32,000 nt of DNA, from positions 36,745-68,744 of the forward strand of contig JAVHRN010000002.1 in NCBI GenBank assembly GCA_036171695.1. Direction: 5' to 3'. Below the pieces are notes generated by a model that was not told the DNA's origin, ran no database searches, and saw only the letters and a program-made list of their open reading frames with translations. Made by a program: the position numbers and the translations under genes. This stretch comes from Gallionella sp. (GTDB lineage: Bacteria > Pseudomonadota > Gammaproteobacteria > Burkholderiales > Gallionellaceae). Below, piece by piece: positions 1 to 10,550 of this stretch (position 1 is the stretch's first letter; every line of letters begins with the position of its first letter).

Positions 1-1
1 A

Positions 2-388
2 GATCTCGCACAGTTGTTAATTTGGGCAGAGTGGCGTGAGGTGAAAGCGGGTGAAGTGGTAATTACCGAAGGTCAAGCTGACATTAATTTTTATGTTTTG
101 GTGTCTGGCAAAGTCGCTTTGCTCAAAGGCAAAAAAACCTTAAGCGTGATTGCCACGGGTGAGCCATTTGGTGAAATAGCCTTTTTGTCGGGCGATGAAC
201 CAAAGCGTACCGCCACCATTAAAGCCCGCACCGACTGCACATTGCTGATGTTTAACCCAGCCTATTTGGACGATGCTGAACTGATGATGCGCGTGCTGGT
301 TGCCGAATCATTTATGCGCATTCAAGCCAAACGGTTGCGCACCGCGTCCGAACAAATGAGCAACCTGCTCAGCGACGGCGAAGATTAA
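2..388 (+). CDS. Cyclic-nucleotide-binding domain protein, C-terminal part. The frame is open to the window edge, so the 5' end is truncated.
   Basis: The frame is open from nt 2. The translation carries the cNMP-binding signature FGEIAFL...RTATIKA. Confidence 0.7.
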   Translation, partial: DLAQLLIWAEWREVKAGEVVITEGQADINFYVLVSGKVALLKGKKTLSVIATGEPFGEIAFLSGDEPKRTATIKARTDCTLLMFNPAYLDDAELMMRVLVAESFMRIQAKRLRTASEQMSNLLSDGED

Positions 389-390
389 AT

Positions 391-1473
391 ATGAACCGCC
401 ATGACATCGCGATTGCTTACGATCACCCTGGCTGCCATACCGCCAGCGCATGGGCAAAGCGTCCGCACGAACCCGCCGCCGCTGACAAACCCGCGCTCAT
501 CGCCCACATCAAAGCGATGCTCAAAGCGCAAGATGCGGTGCTGGTGGCGCATTACTACGTTCATCCCGATTTGCAAGACTTGGCTGAAGCAACAGGCGGC
601 ATCGTGTCTGATTCGCTGGATATGGCGAACTTTGGTAATCAACATCCTGCGAAAACGATAGTGGTCGCAGGGGTGCGTTTTATGGGTGAAACCGCCAAGA
701 TTTTGAATCCTGAAAAGCGCGTATTGATGCCCGATTTAGAGGCGGAATGTTCGCTTGATTTGGGCTGTCCTGCCGATGAATTTTCCGCGTTTTGCGATGC
801 CCATCCAGATCGCACCGTGGTGGTATATGCCAATACCAGTGCGGCAGTTAAGGCGCGCGCCGATTGGATGGTCACCAGCTCGATAGCCTTGCCGATCGTC
901 AAACATTTACATGCGCGCGGCGAGAAAATTTTGTGGGCACCAGACAAACATTTGGGTGGCTACATTCAAGATCAAACGGGCGCGGATATGTTGCTGTGGC
1001 AAGGCTCGTGCATCGTGCATGACGAATACAAAGCGCAAGAATTATTAGCCTTAAAAGTGTTGCATCCCACGGCGCAAGTATTGGTGCATCCGGAATCGCC
1101 GCGTGCGGTGGTGCAGTTGGCGAATGTGGTTGGCTCGACCACGCAACTGATTAAAGCCGCGCAACAATCGATTGCAAAAGTTTTTATTGTCGCCACCGAC
1201 AACGGCATCTTGCACAAGATGCGCACACTGTGTCCTGACAAACAATTTATCGAAGCCCCTACCGCTGGCAAAGGCGCGACCTGCAAAAGTTGCAGCCATT
1301 GCCCGTGGATGGCAATGAATGGTTTAACTAATTTGGCGGCAGTGTTGGAACGCGGTCATAACGAAATTCATGTGCCGACTGAGCTGATTCCGCGCGCTGT
1401 GCAACCGATACAACGGATGCTGGATTTCGCTAAACAAATCAATTTACCTACGCGTGGCATCGGCAACGCTTAA
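391..1473 (+). CDS. nadA: Quinolinate synthase NadA
   Basis: Contains [20 protein letters not shown] and EAECSLD, plus the C-terminal [10 protein letters not shown] cysteine cluster. The 360-aa length is typical for NadA. Confidence 0.95.
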   Translation: MNRHDIAIAYDHPGCHTASAWAKRPHEPAAADKPALIAHIKAMLKAQDAVLVAHYYVHPDLQDLAEATGGIVSDSLDMANFGNQHPAKTIVVAGVRFMGETAKILNPEKRVLMPDLEAECSLDLGCPADEFSAFCDAHPDRTVVVYANTSAAVKARADWMVTSSIALPIVKHLHARGEKILWAPDKHLGGYIQDQTGADMLLWQGSCIVHDEYKAQELLALKVLHPTAQVLVHPESPRAVVQLANVVGSTTQLIKAAQQSIAKVFIVATDNGILHKMRTLCPDKQFIEAPTAGKGATCKSCSHCPWMAMNGLTNLAAVLERGHNEIHVPTELIPRAVQPIQRMLDFAKQINLPTRGIGNA

Positions 1474-1488
1474 CTTCTTTGAGCTGCG

Positions 1489-2229
1489 ATGACGCACTTG
1501 CATATCGCCACCTACAACATTCACAAAGGCTTTTCGCTATTGAATCGGCGCGTGGTCTTGCCTGCTGTGCGCGAGCAGTTGCGCAACTTAAATGCGGACG
1601 TGATTTTTTTGCAAGAAGTGCAGGGCGCGCATGACACGCACGCTGTGCGCCACGCCAATTATCCCGACCGCGCGCAGCATGAATTTTTAGCCGATGAAGT
1701 GTGGGCGCACCACGCTTACGGCAGGAACGCGGTCTATCAAGCAGGGCATCACGGCAACGCGATTTTGAGCCGCTATCCGATTGTCAAAGTCCACAACGAA
1801 AACATTTCCGCGCATCGTTTTGAGAGTCGCGGTCTGCTGCATTGCGAACTCGCAATCGGCGCACTGCGGGTACATAGTTTGTGCGCCCACTTTGGGCTGT
1901 TTGCACGCGGTCGTGCTGTGCAAACCCTGGCTTTAATTGACTACGTTAAACGCGAAATTCCGCACGATGCACCGCTGTTAATTGCAGGGGATTTCAACGA
2001 TTGGCGTAATCAAATGAGCGCGACCTTGGCGCATGAGTTGGGCGTACACGATGTGTTTTATGCCCAGCACGGCAAGCCTGCCAAGAGCTTTCCTGCACGC
2101 TTGCCGCTGTTCCGTCTCGATCGAATTTATACGCGCGGTTTCGCAGTGCAAAAATCGCGCGTGCATAACGATTGGCTCAATTTATCTGACCATGCCGCGT
2201 TGTCTTGCCATGTGTCGTTGTCGGCTTAA
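1489..2229 (+). CDS. Endonuclease/exonuclease/phosphatase (EEP) family protein, YbhP-like
   Basis: EEP motifs are present: IATYNIHKG, FLQEV, GDFNDW and SDHAAL. It sits directly upstream of clsB, as ybhP does in E. coli. Confidence 0.85.
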   Translation: MTHLHIATYNIHKGFSLLNRRVVLPAVREQLRNLNADVIFLQEVQGAHDTHAVRHANYPDRAQHEFLADEVWAHHAYGRNAVYQAGHHGNAILSRYPIVKVHNENISAHRFESRGLLHCELAIGALRVHSLCAHFGLFARGRAVQTLALIDYVKREIPHDAPLLIAGDFNDWRNQMSATLAHELGVHDVFYAQHGKPAKSFPARLPLFRLDRIYTRGFAVQKSRVHNDWLNLSDHAALSCHVSLSA

Positions 2230-2235
2230 GTTCTC

Positions 2236-3399
2236 ATGCCGCGCATTCATTACATCGCTGCCAATCAACTCACGCTGCTGCAAAACTGTGCAGCATATTT
2301 CCCTGCTTTACTGGACGACATCGCGGCGGCTCAACACAATATTTATTTAGAAACCTATATTTTTGCGCCCGATGCAATTGGCCGTGCGGTGGCGAACGCC
2401 TTGATTGCCGCAGCTTTGCGCGGAGTATCGGTGCGTGTGTTGTTGGATGGATTTGGCTCGGCGGATCTGCCGCAAAGTTGGCTGGACGAGCTGCAACAAG
2501 CGGGCGTGCAAGTGCAGTGGTTTAGGCGCGGTTTTATGTTTAATTGGCATCGCCATCGCTTGCGCCGCTTGCATCGCAAGCTGGTGGTCATAGACGGCGA
2601 AATTGCTTTTGTCGGCGGCATTAACATCAGCGATGACGGTACGAATGACAGCCAACTTGCGCCGCGTCTCGACTATGCGGTGCGTGTGCAAGGTGAACAA
2701 GCGCAAGGGGTGCAAGCGCAAATGCGGCATTTGTGGGACACGGTGCGTTGGGCTTCGCTGCGCCGCCGAGTGCGCGGGATGCAACATTTACTGGTCGAAA
2801 CGATCCGCCCTAATTTGCATAAAAAACTGCAATGGTTATGGCGCGATAACGTCAATCACCGCCGCGACATCGAGCGCGCCTACTTACGCGCCATCGCTCA
2901 TGCGCATGACGAAATCATCATCGCCAATGCCTATTTTTTGCCCAGCCAAAAATTTATTCGCGCCTTGCAATATGCAGCGCAGCGCGGCGTGCGTGTGGTG
3001 TTGTTGCTGCAAGGCCGCGTTGAATATCGTTTGCAGCATTACGCCACGCACGCTTTGTATGAAAAATTATTACGCGCTAAGGTGGAAATTTTTGAGTATC
3101 AAGCCAGCTTTATGCACGCCAAAGTTGCCGTGATAGATAGCCATTGGGCGACGGTAGGCTCATCTAATATCGACCCGTTTAGTTTGTTGCTGGCGCGCGA
3201 AGCCAATTTGCTGGTGCGTGATACCGACTTCGCGCTAGAGCTGCGCGGTCATCTATTCAGCGCAATCAATCAGGATGCGCGCAGCATCACGGGTTCAGAT
3301 AAAGCGCATCTGGCCTGGCACACCAAGCTGTTAGCGCACTTTAGCTACGGCTTGATTCGTATGGCGTTGGGGCTGATAGGCGTAGCGCGACGCGGCTAA
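2236..3399 (+). CDS. clsB: Cardiolipin synthase ClsB (phospholipase D family)
   Basis: Two HKD motifs are present: HRKLVVIDGEIAFVGGINISD and HAKVAVIDSHWATVGSSNIDPFS. It appears collinear with E. coli ClsB as I recall that sequence. Confidence 0.9.
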   Translation: MPRIHYIAANQLTLLQNCAAYFPALLDDIAAAQHNIYLETYIFAPDAIGRAVANALIAAALRGVSVRVLLDGFGSADLPQSWLDELQQAGVQVQWFRRGFMFNWHRHRLRRLHRKLVVIDGEIAFVGGINISDDGTNDSQLAPRLDYAVRVQGEQAQGVQAQMRHLWDTVRWASLRRRVRGMQHLLVETIRPNLHKKLQWLWRDNVNHRRDIERAYLRAIAHAHDEIIIANAYFLPSQKFIRALQYAAQRGVRVVLLLQGRVEYRLQHYATHALYEKLLRAKVEIFEYQASFMHAKVAVIDSHWATVGSSNIDPFSLLLAREANLLVRDTDFALELRGHLFSAINQDARSITGSDKAHLAWHTKLLAHFSYGLIRMALGLIGVARRG

Positions 3400-3515
3400 A
3401 CGCTGGTAGTGCAGCGTCATGCGCTTACCGCTCGTGCGACGCGTTCCTGAGAAAAATTCGCCCTAGTCTTAGCCCTTCGGTAGAATGCCCAGCTTTGTTT
3501 GGCGCGGGAATAAAC

Positions 3516-3761
3516 ATGGTGGCGAAAACACATAAAGCGCAGGGGTTTGAGGCGGCGATGACGGAGTTGGACGCGTTGGTAGCGGATATGGAAAGCGGCA
3601 AGTTGTCGCTGGAAGACTCGCTGACAGCGTACAAGCGCGGCGCGGAGTTGCTGGCGTTTTGTCGTAGCCGTTTGGACGATGCGCAGCAGCAAGTGCGCGT
3701 GTTGGAAGACGGCGTGTTGAAAGATTTTGCAGTGCCAAATGAGTCAGGAGCAAACGCATGA
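3516..3761 (+). CDS. xseB: Exodeoxyribonuclease VII small subunit
   Basis: Contains FEAAMTELDALVADMESGKLSLEDSLTAYKRGAELLAFCRSRL. I prefer the ATG at 3516 over the TTG at 3495. It is the first gene of the classic xseB-ispA-dxs operon. Confidence 0.88.
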   Translation: MVAKTHKAQGFEAAMTELDALVADMESGKLSLEDSLTAYKRGAELLAFCRSRLDDAQQQVRVLEDGVLKDFAVPNESGANA

Positions 3762-4663
3762 ACTTAGCTTCTCAACGCTTGGATTTTCAGCAATGGACAG
3801 CCGCACATTTAAGCCGCTTTGAAGTGCGCTTGGGCGAGCTGTTGCCCGCCGCCGAGATTGTCCCGCAACGCTTACATGCCGCGATGCGTTATGCGGTGTT
3901 GGATGGCGGTAAACGGGTGCGTCCCTTGTTGGCATTTGCCGCTGCCGAGTTAGTCGGTGCGGATTTGGCGCGTGCGCAGATTGCGGCGGCAGCGGTTGAG
4001 TTGATTCACGCCTATTCGCTGGTGCATGACGATATGCCGTGCATGGATGACGATGTGTTGCGGCGCGGCAAGCCGACTTGTCATGTGCAATATGACGAGG
4101 CGACCGCCTTGCTAGTCGGCGATAGTTTGCAAACCTTAGCTTTTCAATTGTTGGCGGAACATCGTTTGTGCGATGACGCAGCGCGGCAATTAGACATGCT
4201 CAAACTGTTGGCGCAAGCGAGTGGTTCGCGCGGCATGGCGGGTGGGCAAGCGATAGATTTAGCCAGTGTCGGCACAGCGTTGAGCTTGCCCGAATTAGAA
4301 CAGATGCACATTCATAAAACGGGCGCACTGATACGCGCGGCGATTGTGTTGGGGGCGTATTGCGGCAACGCCACCGCCGCGCAACTAGCGCAGTTAGACC
4401 ACTTCGGTAAGTGTGTGGGCTTGGCGTTTCAGGTGGTCGATGACGTGTTAGACACTGAAGCGGACACCGCGACCTTGGGCAAAACCGCAGGCAAAGATGC
4501 TGAGCACGACAAGCCGACTTATGTGAGTTTGTTGGGTGTGCAAGCGGCGCGGGAAATGGCGCAGCAATTGCATCAAGACGCGTTAAAAAGTTTGCACGAA
4601 TTCGGTGCTGGGGCGCAACGCTTGCGCGAGCTGGCGGACTTTATTGTGTTGAGAAAATTCTGA
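3758..4663 (+). CDS. ispA: Farnesyl diphosphate synthase (polyprenyl synthetase)
   Basis: First Asp-rich motif is [20 protein letters not shown] and the second is FQVVDDVLD. It overlaps the xseB stop by 4 nt. Confidence 0.93.
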   Translation: MNLASQRLDFQQWTAAHLSRFEVRLGELLPAAEIVPQRLHAAMRYAVLDGGKRVRPLLAFAAAELVGADLARAQIAAAAVELIHAYSLVHDDMPCMDDDVLRRGKPTCHVQYDEATALLVGDSLQTLAFQLLAEHRLCDDAARQLDMLKLLAQASGSRGMAGGQAIDLASVGTALSLPELEQMHIHKTGALIRAAIVLGAYCGNATAAQLAQLDHFGKCVGLAFQVVDDVLDTEADTATLGKTAGKDAEHDKPTYVSLLGVQAAREMAQQLHQDALKSLHEFGAGAQRLRELADFIVLRKF

Positions 4664-4664
4664 T

Positions 4665-6512
4665 ATGTATTCAATACTCGACACCCTGCATAGCCCCGCA
4701 GATTTGCGCCAGTTGCCGCGCGAACAATTGCCACAATTAGCGGAGCAGTTGCGTGAATTTTTGGTCGAATCGGTTAGCCAAACAGGCGGACATTTGTCCT
4801 CGAACTTAGGCACGGTAGAGCTGACCATCGCCCTGCATACCGTGTTTAACACGCCCGACGATAAGTTGGTTTGGGATGTGGGACACCAAACTTATGTGCA
4901 TAAAATTTTGACGGGGCGGCGCGCGGCAATGTGCACGCTGCGCATGGCAGGCGGCATCGCAGGCTTTCCCAAGCGCGAAGAAAGTCCTTACGACACCTTT
5001 GGCACAGGCCATTCCAGCACCTCGATTTCGGCGGCGTTGGGGATGGCGGCTGCGGCGCAACTGGCAGGATCGGAACAGCGTGCGGTGGCGATTATTGGTG
5101 ATGGCGCGATGACGGGCGGCATGGCGTTCGAGGCGTTGAATAACGCAGGTGCGATGGATGCGAATCTGCTGGTGATTTTGAACGACAACGATATGTCGAT
5201 TTCCAAACCCGTCGGCGCGTTAAATAATTATTTGGCGAAGCTGATGTCGGGACGTTTTTATTCAGCGATGCGCAATACGGGTGAAAAAGCCTTGCGCGGC
5301 CTACCTAGCGTCCACGAATTAGCCAAGCGCGCCGAAGAACATGTCAAAGGTATGGTTACGCCCAGCACCATGTTTGAGCAGTTTGGTTTTAATTACATTG
5401 GTCCGATTGACGGGCATGACATCAATGTGCTGCTCGATACCTTGAGTAATATCAAAAAACTTAAAGGCCCGCAGTTCTTGCATGTGGTCACACAAAAAGG
5501 CCGTGGCTACGACAAAGCGGAAGCAGATTGTTTGCTCTACCACGGCGTGAGCAAATTCGACCGTAGCAACGGCATCGTGGCGAAATCCGCCAGCGTGCCA
5601 ACTTACACGCAAGTGTTCGGGCAATGGTTGTGCGACATGGCGGAAGCGGATTCGCGCTTAGTCGGTATCACCCCAGCGATGTGCGAAGGCTCTGGGATGC
5701 AAGCCTTTGAGGCAAAATTCCCCACGCGTTATTTTGATGTCGGCATCGCCGAACAACACGCGCTGACTTTCGCGGCGGGCTTGGCGTGCGCAGGCATCAA
5801 GCCTGTCGTGGCGATTTATTCGACCTTCTTGCAACGCGCTTACGATCAACTCATTCACGACATTGCCATCCAAAATTTGCCCGTTATTTTGGCGATAGAT
5901 CGCGGCGGCTTGGTGGGTGCGGATGGTGCGACGCATGCAGGCAGTTTCGATTTAAGTTTTTTGCGTTGCGTGCCGAATATGACGGTGATGACCCCCGCCG
6001 ATGAAAACGAAACGCGGCAAATGTTGTACACCGCGATGCAACTCAATACGCCGAGTGCGGTGCGTTATCCGCGTGGCACAGGACCTGGTGTCGCTGTTCA
6101 ACACGAGATGGTTGCCTTGCCTATCGGCACCGCAGAACTGCGTCGCAGCGGTAAACGTGTGGCGATTTTGGCGTTTGGTTCGATGCTCGCGCCGAGCTTA
6201 AAAGCGGCTGAAGAGCTAGACGCAACCGTGGTGAATATGCGTTTTGTTAAACCGTTGGATAACGCGATGGTGCTGCAATTGGCGCGTGACTATGAACTGT
6301 TGGTGAGCGTCGAAGAAAACGCCATCCAAGGCGGTGCGGGCAGTGCGATTGCCGAATGCTTAAGCGCGCACGGCATGAATGTGCCGCTGTTGCAATTAGG
6401 TTTGCCTGATACCTTTATCGAGCAAGGTGACCCCGTCAAAATGCTGGCGGAGTGCGGCTTAAATGCGGACGGTATCGTCCAGTCAATTCGCACTCAACGC
6501 GCGCCCCATTAA
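4665..6512 (+). CDS. dxs: 1-deoxy-D-xylulose-5-phosphate synthase
   Basis: Contains [14 protein letters not shown] and the ThDP motif [16 protein letters not shown]. At 615 aa it is collinear with Dxs. Confidence 0.97.
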   Translation: MYSILDTLHSPADLRQLPREQLPQLAEQLREFLVESVSQTGGHLSSNLGTVELTIALHTVFNTPDDKLVWDVGHQTYVHKILTGRRAAMCTLRMAGGIAGFPKREESPYDTFGTGHSSTSISAALGMAAAAQLAGSEQRAVAIIGDGAMTGGMAFEALNNAGAMDANLLVILNDNDMSISKPVGALNNYLAKLMSGRFYSAMRNTGEKALRGLPSVHELAKRAEEHVKGMVTPSTMFEQFGFNYIGPIDGHDINVLLDTLSNIKKLKGPQFLHVVTQKGRGYDKAEADCLLYHGVSKFDRSNGIVAKSASVPTYTQVFGQWLCDMAEADSRLVGITPAMCEGSGMQAFEAKFPTRYFDVGIAEQHALTFAAGLACAGIKPVVAIYSTFLQRAYDQLIHDIAIQNLPVILAIDRGGLVGADGATHAGSFDLSFLRCVPNMTVMTPADENETRQMLYTAMQLNTPSAVRYPRGTGPGVAVQHEMVALPIGTAELRRSGKRVAILAFGSMLAPSLKAAEELDATVVNMRFVKPLDNAMVLQLARDYELLVSVEENAIQGGAGSAIAECLSAHGMNVPLLQLGLPDTFIEQGDPVKMLAECGLNADGIVQSIRTQRAPH

Positions 6513-6527
6513 CCTGAGTAAAAATGT

Positions 6528-6547
6528 CGGGATTGTCTATAATCCCG
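6528..6547 (+). promoter_or_regulatory. 7-6-7 inverted repeat CGGGATT-GTCTAT-AATCCCG that encloses a perfect TATAAT (6538-6543). It could be the folE2 promoter/operator or a weak dxs terminator.
   Basis: Direct reading of the dxs-folE2 spacer. No good -35 is present and no U-tract immediately follows. Confidence 0.3.
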
Positions 6548-6575
6548 CCCCTGTAAAATTTTTAGGACTGCTGCC

Positions 6576-7373
6576 ATGACTATCGCCACTAACATTCCCG
6601 ACGTGCAAGGCTCGGCCGACACACGCCACATCGCCATCAATCGCGTCGGTATTAAAGGCATACGCCATCCCGTTAAAGTGAAAGATAAAAGCGTCGGCGT
6701 GCAACACACCATCGCCACTTTCAACATGTATGTGCATCTGCCGCACAATTTCAAAGGCACGCACATGTCGCGCTTTGTCGAGATTTTGAACGAGCACGAA
6801 CGCGAAATTTCGGTCGAGTCATTTGAAAATATTTTGACGGAAATGGTGACGCGTTTAGAAGCGCAATCAGGCTATATCGAAATGAGCTTTCCGTATTTTG
6901 TGAATAAGACCGCGCCGATTTCTGGCGTGCAAAGTTTGCTCGACTACGATGTCACGCTGATCGGCGAAATCATTGAGGGCAAAGCCACCACCACCATGAA
7001 AGTGTTAGTCCCCGTGACCAGCTTGTGTCCGTGTTCTAAGAAAATTTCTGAGCGCGGTGCGCACAATCAACGCTCACATGTCACGCTAACTTTGCGCACT
7101 AATCGTTTCGTCTGGATAGAAGATGTAGTGCGTATCGCCGAAGAGCAAGCCTCCTGCGAATTGTTTGGTTTGCTCAAGCGTCCCGATGAGAAATACGTCA
7201 CTGAACGTGCTTACGATAATCCTAAATTTGTCGAAGATATGGTGCGCGATGTTGCCGCTGTATTGAATGCCGATGCACGCGTTGATGCTTATATTGTCGA
7301 GTCAGAAAACTTCGAGTCCATTCACAATCACTCCGCCTATGCCTTGATTGAGCGCGACAAAAGCAAAGGTTGA
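6576..7373 (+). CDS. folE2: GTP cyclohydrolase I type 2 (FolE2 / GCYH-IB)
   Basis: Contains [27 protein letters not shown] and [20 protein letters not shown]. The 265-aa length fits. Confidence 0.92.
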   Translation: MTIATNIPDVQGSADTRHIAINRVGIKGIRHPVKVKDKSVGVQHTIATFNMYVHLPHNFKGTHMSRFVEILNEHEREISVESFENILTEMVTRLEAQSGYIEMSFPYFVNKTAPISGVQSLLDYDVTLIGEIIEGKATTTMKVLVPVTSLCPCSKKISERGAHNQRSHVTLTLRTNRFVWIEDVVRIAEEQASCELFGLLKRPDEKYVTERAYDNPKFVEDMVRDVAAVLNADARVDAYIVESENFESIHNHSAYALIERDKSKG

Positions 7374-7419
7374 GATGAGAGTCTGACGTGAGAAAAATGA
7401 TGTGCTGATTTTCTCGTTT

Positions 7420-7448
7420 GGACAGGCCGTATCGCTGTCCCGCTTTTT
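7420..7448 (+). terminator. Possible intrinsic terminator after folE2
   Basis: GGACAG-9 nt loop-CTGTCC followed by CGCTTTTT. The stem is short and the loop is large. Confidence 0.4.
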
Positions 7449-7528
7449 GTAAACCAAACTGTTTGCTGTGCGTTAAACTCGGCGGCGTTGTGGGGCGGAA
7501 TTATTTTAACTTCGCGTTGCGACCTAAA

Positions 7529-7556
7529 GTTTGCTCAACCGAGCAAACATTTTTTT
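7529..7556 (+). terminator. Terminator-like hairpin just upstream of the psiF RBS
   Basis: GTTTGCTC-AACC-GAGCAAAC (8-bp stem) followed by ATTTTTTT. It lies 25 nt before the psiF ATG. Confidence 0.5.
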
Positions 7557-7580
7557 GACTTAAATTACTAGGAGTACTAC

Positions 7581-7913
7581 ATGAAAAAAATCATCGCCTT
7601 GGCTTGTTTGAGTGTTGCAGTAATGGTTTCAGCCCCAGCGTTTGCGGGTGCGCAACAAGAAAAAATGAAGGGTTGCAATGTCGAAGCAAAAGGCATGAAA
7701 GGCGCGGATCGCAAAGCGTTTATGAGCAAGTGCCTGAAAAAAGATTACACACTGAAAGCGGATAGTGCAGCTCCTGCTGCTGAAGCTAAACCAACTGCCA
7801 GTGCTGCACCGACTCAACAAAACAAGATGAAATCTTGCAATGTAGATGCAAAAACTAAAGCTCTGAAAGGTGCTGACCGTAAAGCATTTATGAGCTCTTG
7901 CTTGAAGGGCTAA
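7581..7913 (+). CDS. psiF: PsiF-repeat protein (phosphate-starvation-inducible PsiF-like), secreted
   Basis: Signal peptide MKKIIALACLSVAVMVSAPAFA. Two copies of the KMK-CN-AK...KGADRKAFMS-CLK repeat. The RBS AGGAG precedes the ATG. Confidence 0.8.
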   Translation: MKKIIALACLSVAVMVSAPAFAGAQQEKMKGCNVEAKGMKGADRKAFMSKCLKKDYTLKADSAAPAAEAKPTASAAPTQQNKMKSCNVDAKTKALKGADRKAFMSSCLKG

Positions 7914-7942
7914 ACCGCGCAGTTTAATTTTGCTGCTGAATT

Positions 7943-7968
7943 AAAAGCGCGCCGTAAGGCGCGTTTTT
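7943..7968 (+). terminator. Rho-independent terminator after psiF
   Basis: AAAA-GCGCGCC-GTAA-GGCGCG-TTTTT. This is a GC stem with a tetraloop and a T-run. Confidence 0.8.
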
Positions 7969-8082
7969 CGTTTGTGTGCCACTGCCGCGAGGCAGTGAAT
8001 GCGAGTGTGTATAATCCGCGCTCCGCGCGCGAGTCTCTTTCACATCGCGCGCTTTATTTGGCGCGATACTTAAACAAAACTA

Positions 8083-9429
8083 ATGATAAAAAAATTCCTT
8101 AAACGCGTATTTCGCAAGTCGGCAAAAATCAAGACCGTCGGCAATGCGCAAGTGATTCCTTTTGATGTGCATGGCGTGGCGCGCACGGGCTTGAGTTACG
8201 GCGCGAATAAAGTTTGCGATGGCTTGCAAGCCGCAGGTTTTCAGGCGTATGTGGTCGGTGGCGCGGTGCGCGATTTGCTGCTGCAAAAAAAACCCAAAGA
8301 TTTTGATGTGGCAACAGATGCCACGCCCGAACAAGTGCGCCGTGTGTTTCGTCGCTCGCGCATCATCGGTCGGCGTTTTCGCCTAGTGCATGTGATGTTT
8401 GGCGAAGAAGTGGTCGAGGTATCGACCTTCCGCCGCATGATCGAAGCGGAAGATGCGCAAACTGATGCGCATGGACGCTTGTTGCGCGACAACGAATTTG
8501 GCGACCAAGAGCAAGATGCAGCGCGCCGCGATTTCACCGCCAATGGACTGTTTTACCATCCTGCCACGCAAGAAATTTTTGACTATCACGGCGGCTATGC
8601 CGATACGAAAAATGGCGTGTTGCGCATGATTGGTGACCCGCTAGTTCGTTATCGCGAAGACCCCGTGCGCATGTTGCGCGCGGTGCGGCTGTCAGCCAAG
8701 TTGGGGATTCAAATTGAACCTGCTACCGCTGCGCCAATTCATAAAATGAAAGCCTTGTTGGACAACGTCCCCGAAGCGCGCTTGCTCGATGAAGTATTGA
8801 AAATGTTGCTGTCAGGTCATTCGGTCGAGTGTATTAAAGCTTTGCGCACCATGAATTTGCATCACGGTTTGTTGCCGATGTTAGACACCATCGTGTCGCA
8901 ACCAACTGGTGAAAAATTCATCATGCTGGCGTTGCGCAATACCGATGAACGTTTAAGCCAAGACAAATCCGTGTCGCCCGCTTTTCTATTTGCAGCCTTG
9001 CTTTGGCCTGAAGTTGACAGCACTTGGCAGCGTCACCTCAAAGCGGGCGAACGTCCGTTAGGCGCGATGCACGAAGCGATGGATGAAGTGTTAGCGCGGC
9101 AGAAAAAACGCATGGCGATTCCGCATCGTCAAGATGCGGTGATGAAAGAAATTTGGTTATTGCAACAGCGTTTTGAGCAGCGCGGCGGCTTGCGTCCCTT
9201 GCGTTTACTCGAACATCCGCGCTTCCGTGCGGGTTATGATTTTTTGCTGCTGCGTTGTGCAGCGGGCGAAGTCGATGCCGAGCAGGGGTTGTGGTGGGAT
9301 GAGTTTCAACATGCCAGCGAAGCGCAGCGCACCGAAATGTTGCAACCTGAAAAAACGCTAGAGAAAAAACGTCGCCGCCGTAAACCGCGCAGCAAGCCAG
9401 CGGCAGGTGCGAGTGGTGCGGCAGAGTAA
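8083..9429 (+). CDS. pcnB: Poly(A) polymerase I
   Basis: Contains YVVGGAVRDLLL..KDFDVAT, RIIGRRFRLVHV and RRDFTANGL, with a basic C-terminal tail. It is followed by folK, as in E. coli. Confidence 0.93.
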   Translation: MIKKFLKRVFRKSAKIKTVGNAQVIPFDVHGVARTGLSYGANKVCDGLQAAGFQAYVVGGAVRDLLLQKKPKDFDVATDATPEQVRRVFRRSRIIGRRFRLVHVMFGEEVVEVSTFRRMIEAEDAQTDAHGRLLRDNEFGDQEQDAARRDFTANGLFYHPATQEIFDYHGGYADTKNGVLRMIGDPLVRYREDPVRMLRAVRLSAKLGIQIEPATAAPIHKMKALLDNVPEARLLDEVLKMLLSGHSVECIKALRTMNLHHGLLPMLDTIVSQPTGEKFIMLALRNTDERLSQDKSVSPAFLFAALLWPEVDSTWQRHLKAGERPLGAMHEAMDEVLARQKKRMAIPHRQDAVMKEIWLLQQRFEQRGGLRPLRLLEHPRFRAGYDFLLLRCAAGEVDAEQGLWWDEFQHASEAQRTEMLQPEKTLEKKRRRRKPRSKPAAGASGAAE

Positions 9430-9908
9430 TGCAACATCTCGCATTTATTGCCTTGGGAAGCAATTTGGATGATCCGCAAGCCCAAGTAAAACGTGGCTTT
9501 GCGGCGTTGGCAACATTGCTTGATAGCACGCTACTTGCGCAATCGTCGTTGTATCGCAGCGCACCAGTGGGCTACGCAGACCAGCCTGATTTTATTAACG
9601 CCGTGGCAAAAATTTCGACCTCGTTGAGCCCGCAACAATTACTGCAAGCGTTGCTCGCCATCGAGCATCAATATGGTCGCCAACGTACGTTTCAAAATGC
9701 CCCGCGCACGCTCGATTTGGATGTGTTGTTGTATGACGATTTAATTTTGCACGAGCCTAGTTTGACGATTCCGCATCCGCAGATGCACCTACGCGCCTTT
9801 GTGTTAATGCCCTTGTTAGAGCTGCAAGCGGACTGTGTGATTCCCGCGCAAGGCACCGCTGAGGCGGCTTTACAAGGTTGTTTAGAGCAAAGTTTGGAGC
9901 GCATCTAA
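9429..9908 (+). CDS. folK: 2-amino-4-hydroxy-6-hydroxymethyldihydropteridine diphosphokinase (HPPK)
   Basis: Contains AFIALGSNL, RTLDLDVLLY and PHPQMHLRAFVL. Its start overlaps the pcnB stop. Confidence 0.93.
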   Translation: MQHLAFIALGSNLDDPQAQVKRGFAALATLLDSTLLAQSSLYRSAPVGYADQPDFINAVAKISTSLSPQQLLQALLAIEHQYGRQRTFQNAPRTLDLDVLLYDDLILHEPSLTIPHPQMHLRAFVLMPLLELQADCVIPAQGTAEAALQGCLEQSLERI

Positions 9909-10549
9909 TGGGCCTAGAACGCTATCGCTACATCGCCATTGAGGGTGCGATTGGGGTCGGCAAGACCAGTTTGGCGCGTCGCTTGGCGGCGCACTTATCC
10001 GCAGCAACACTATTGGAAAAGCCCACCGAGAATCCTTTCTTGGCGTTGTTTTATCAAGACCCCGCGCGCCATGCTTTAGCCACGCAATTATTTTTTCTGT
10101 TTCAGCGCAGCAACGAAGTGCGCGAATTGACCCAGTTAGATTTTTTTAAGCACGCCACAGTGAGCGATTATTTGTTCGATAAAGATAGTCTGTTTGCACG
10201 CTTAAATTTATCCGAAGCCGAATTTTCCTTGTATCAACAAATCTATCAAACCCTTGCCTTGCAGGCTCCTGCGCCTGATTTAGTGATTTATTTGCAAGCC
10301 CCAGTGGAGACGCTACTGGCGCGCGTACATAAACGTGCTCATGCCTATGAGCAAACGATTGCGGATGACTACTTAGTGCGTTTGGCGCAAAGCTACAGCG
10401 ATTTTTTTCATCATTACGATGCCGCACCTGTGTTGGTGGTGAACACCGAACATTTGAATTTTGTTGAGAGCGATGCCGACTTCGCGCTGTTGTTGCAACG
10501 CATCCAAGACATGCGCGGCGCGCGTGAATTTTTTAGCTTAGGAGAATGA
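9908..10549 (+). CDS. Deoxynucleoside kinase family protein
   Basis: P-loop [13 protein letters not shown]. The ATG at 9908 overlaps the folK stop (TAATG). The longer ORF starting at 9878 would overlap folK. Confidence 0.85.
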   Translation: MGLERYRYIAIEGAIGVGKTSLARRLAAHLSAATLLEKPTENPFLALFYQDPARHALATQLFFLFQRSNEVRELTQLDFFKHATVSDYLFDKDSLFARLNLSEAEFSLYQQIYQTLALQAPAPDLVIYLQAPVETLLARVHKRAHAYEQTIADDYLVRLAQSYSDFFHHYDAAPVLVVNTEHLNFVESDADFALLLQRIQDMRGAREFFSLGE

Positions 10550-10550
10550 C

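Noticed and set aside
385-1299. Minus-strand ORFs (385..645, 639..947, 972..1286, 1051..1299) and the + ORF at 401..661, all overlapping nadA
   Set aside because: They lie entirely within or antisense to a strongly recognisable nadA frame. Their translations are Cys/Arg/Ser-rich with no motifs, which is typical of off-frame ORFs in moderately GC-rich DNA.
6513-6575. Zur box upstream of folE2
   Set aside because: No AT-rich TGTTATA-type palindrome is present. The only dyad is the GC-containing CGGGATT-N6-AATCCCG, which is reported separately as an unassigned site.
7435-7472. Pho box upstream of psiF
   Set aside because: CTGT-type half-sites occur at 7435, 7459 and 7466, but not with the 11-bp periodicity or the CTGTCAT consensus of a Pho box. 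I cannot support a PhoB site from sequence alone.
7980-8067. Hairpins CACTGCC-GCGA-GGCAGTG (7980-7997) and ATCGCGC-N10-GCGCGAT (8044-8067), and a TATAAT at 8010-8015, upstream of pcnB
   Set aside because: These are plausibly the pcnB promoter and leader structure. However, there is no convincing -35, no U-tracts and no recognisable riboswitch or RNA family, which is too weak to call as features.
9038-9529. 163-aa minus-strand ORF across the pcnB/folK junction
   Set aside because: It is antisense to two confidently identified, translationally coupled genes, and it has no recognisable domain or RBS.
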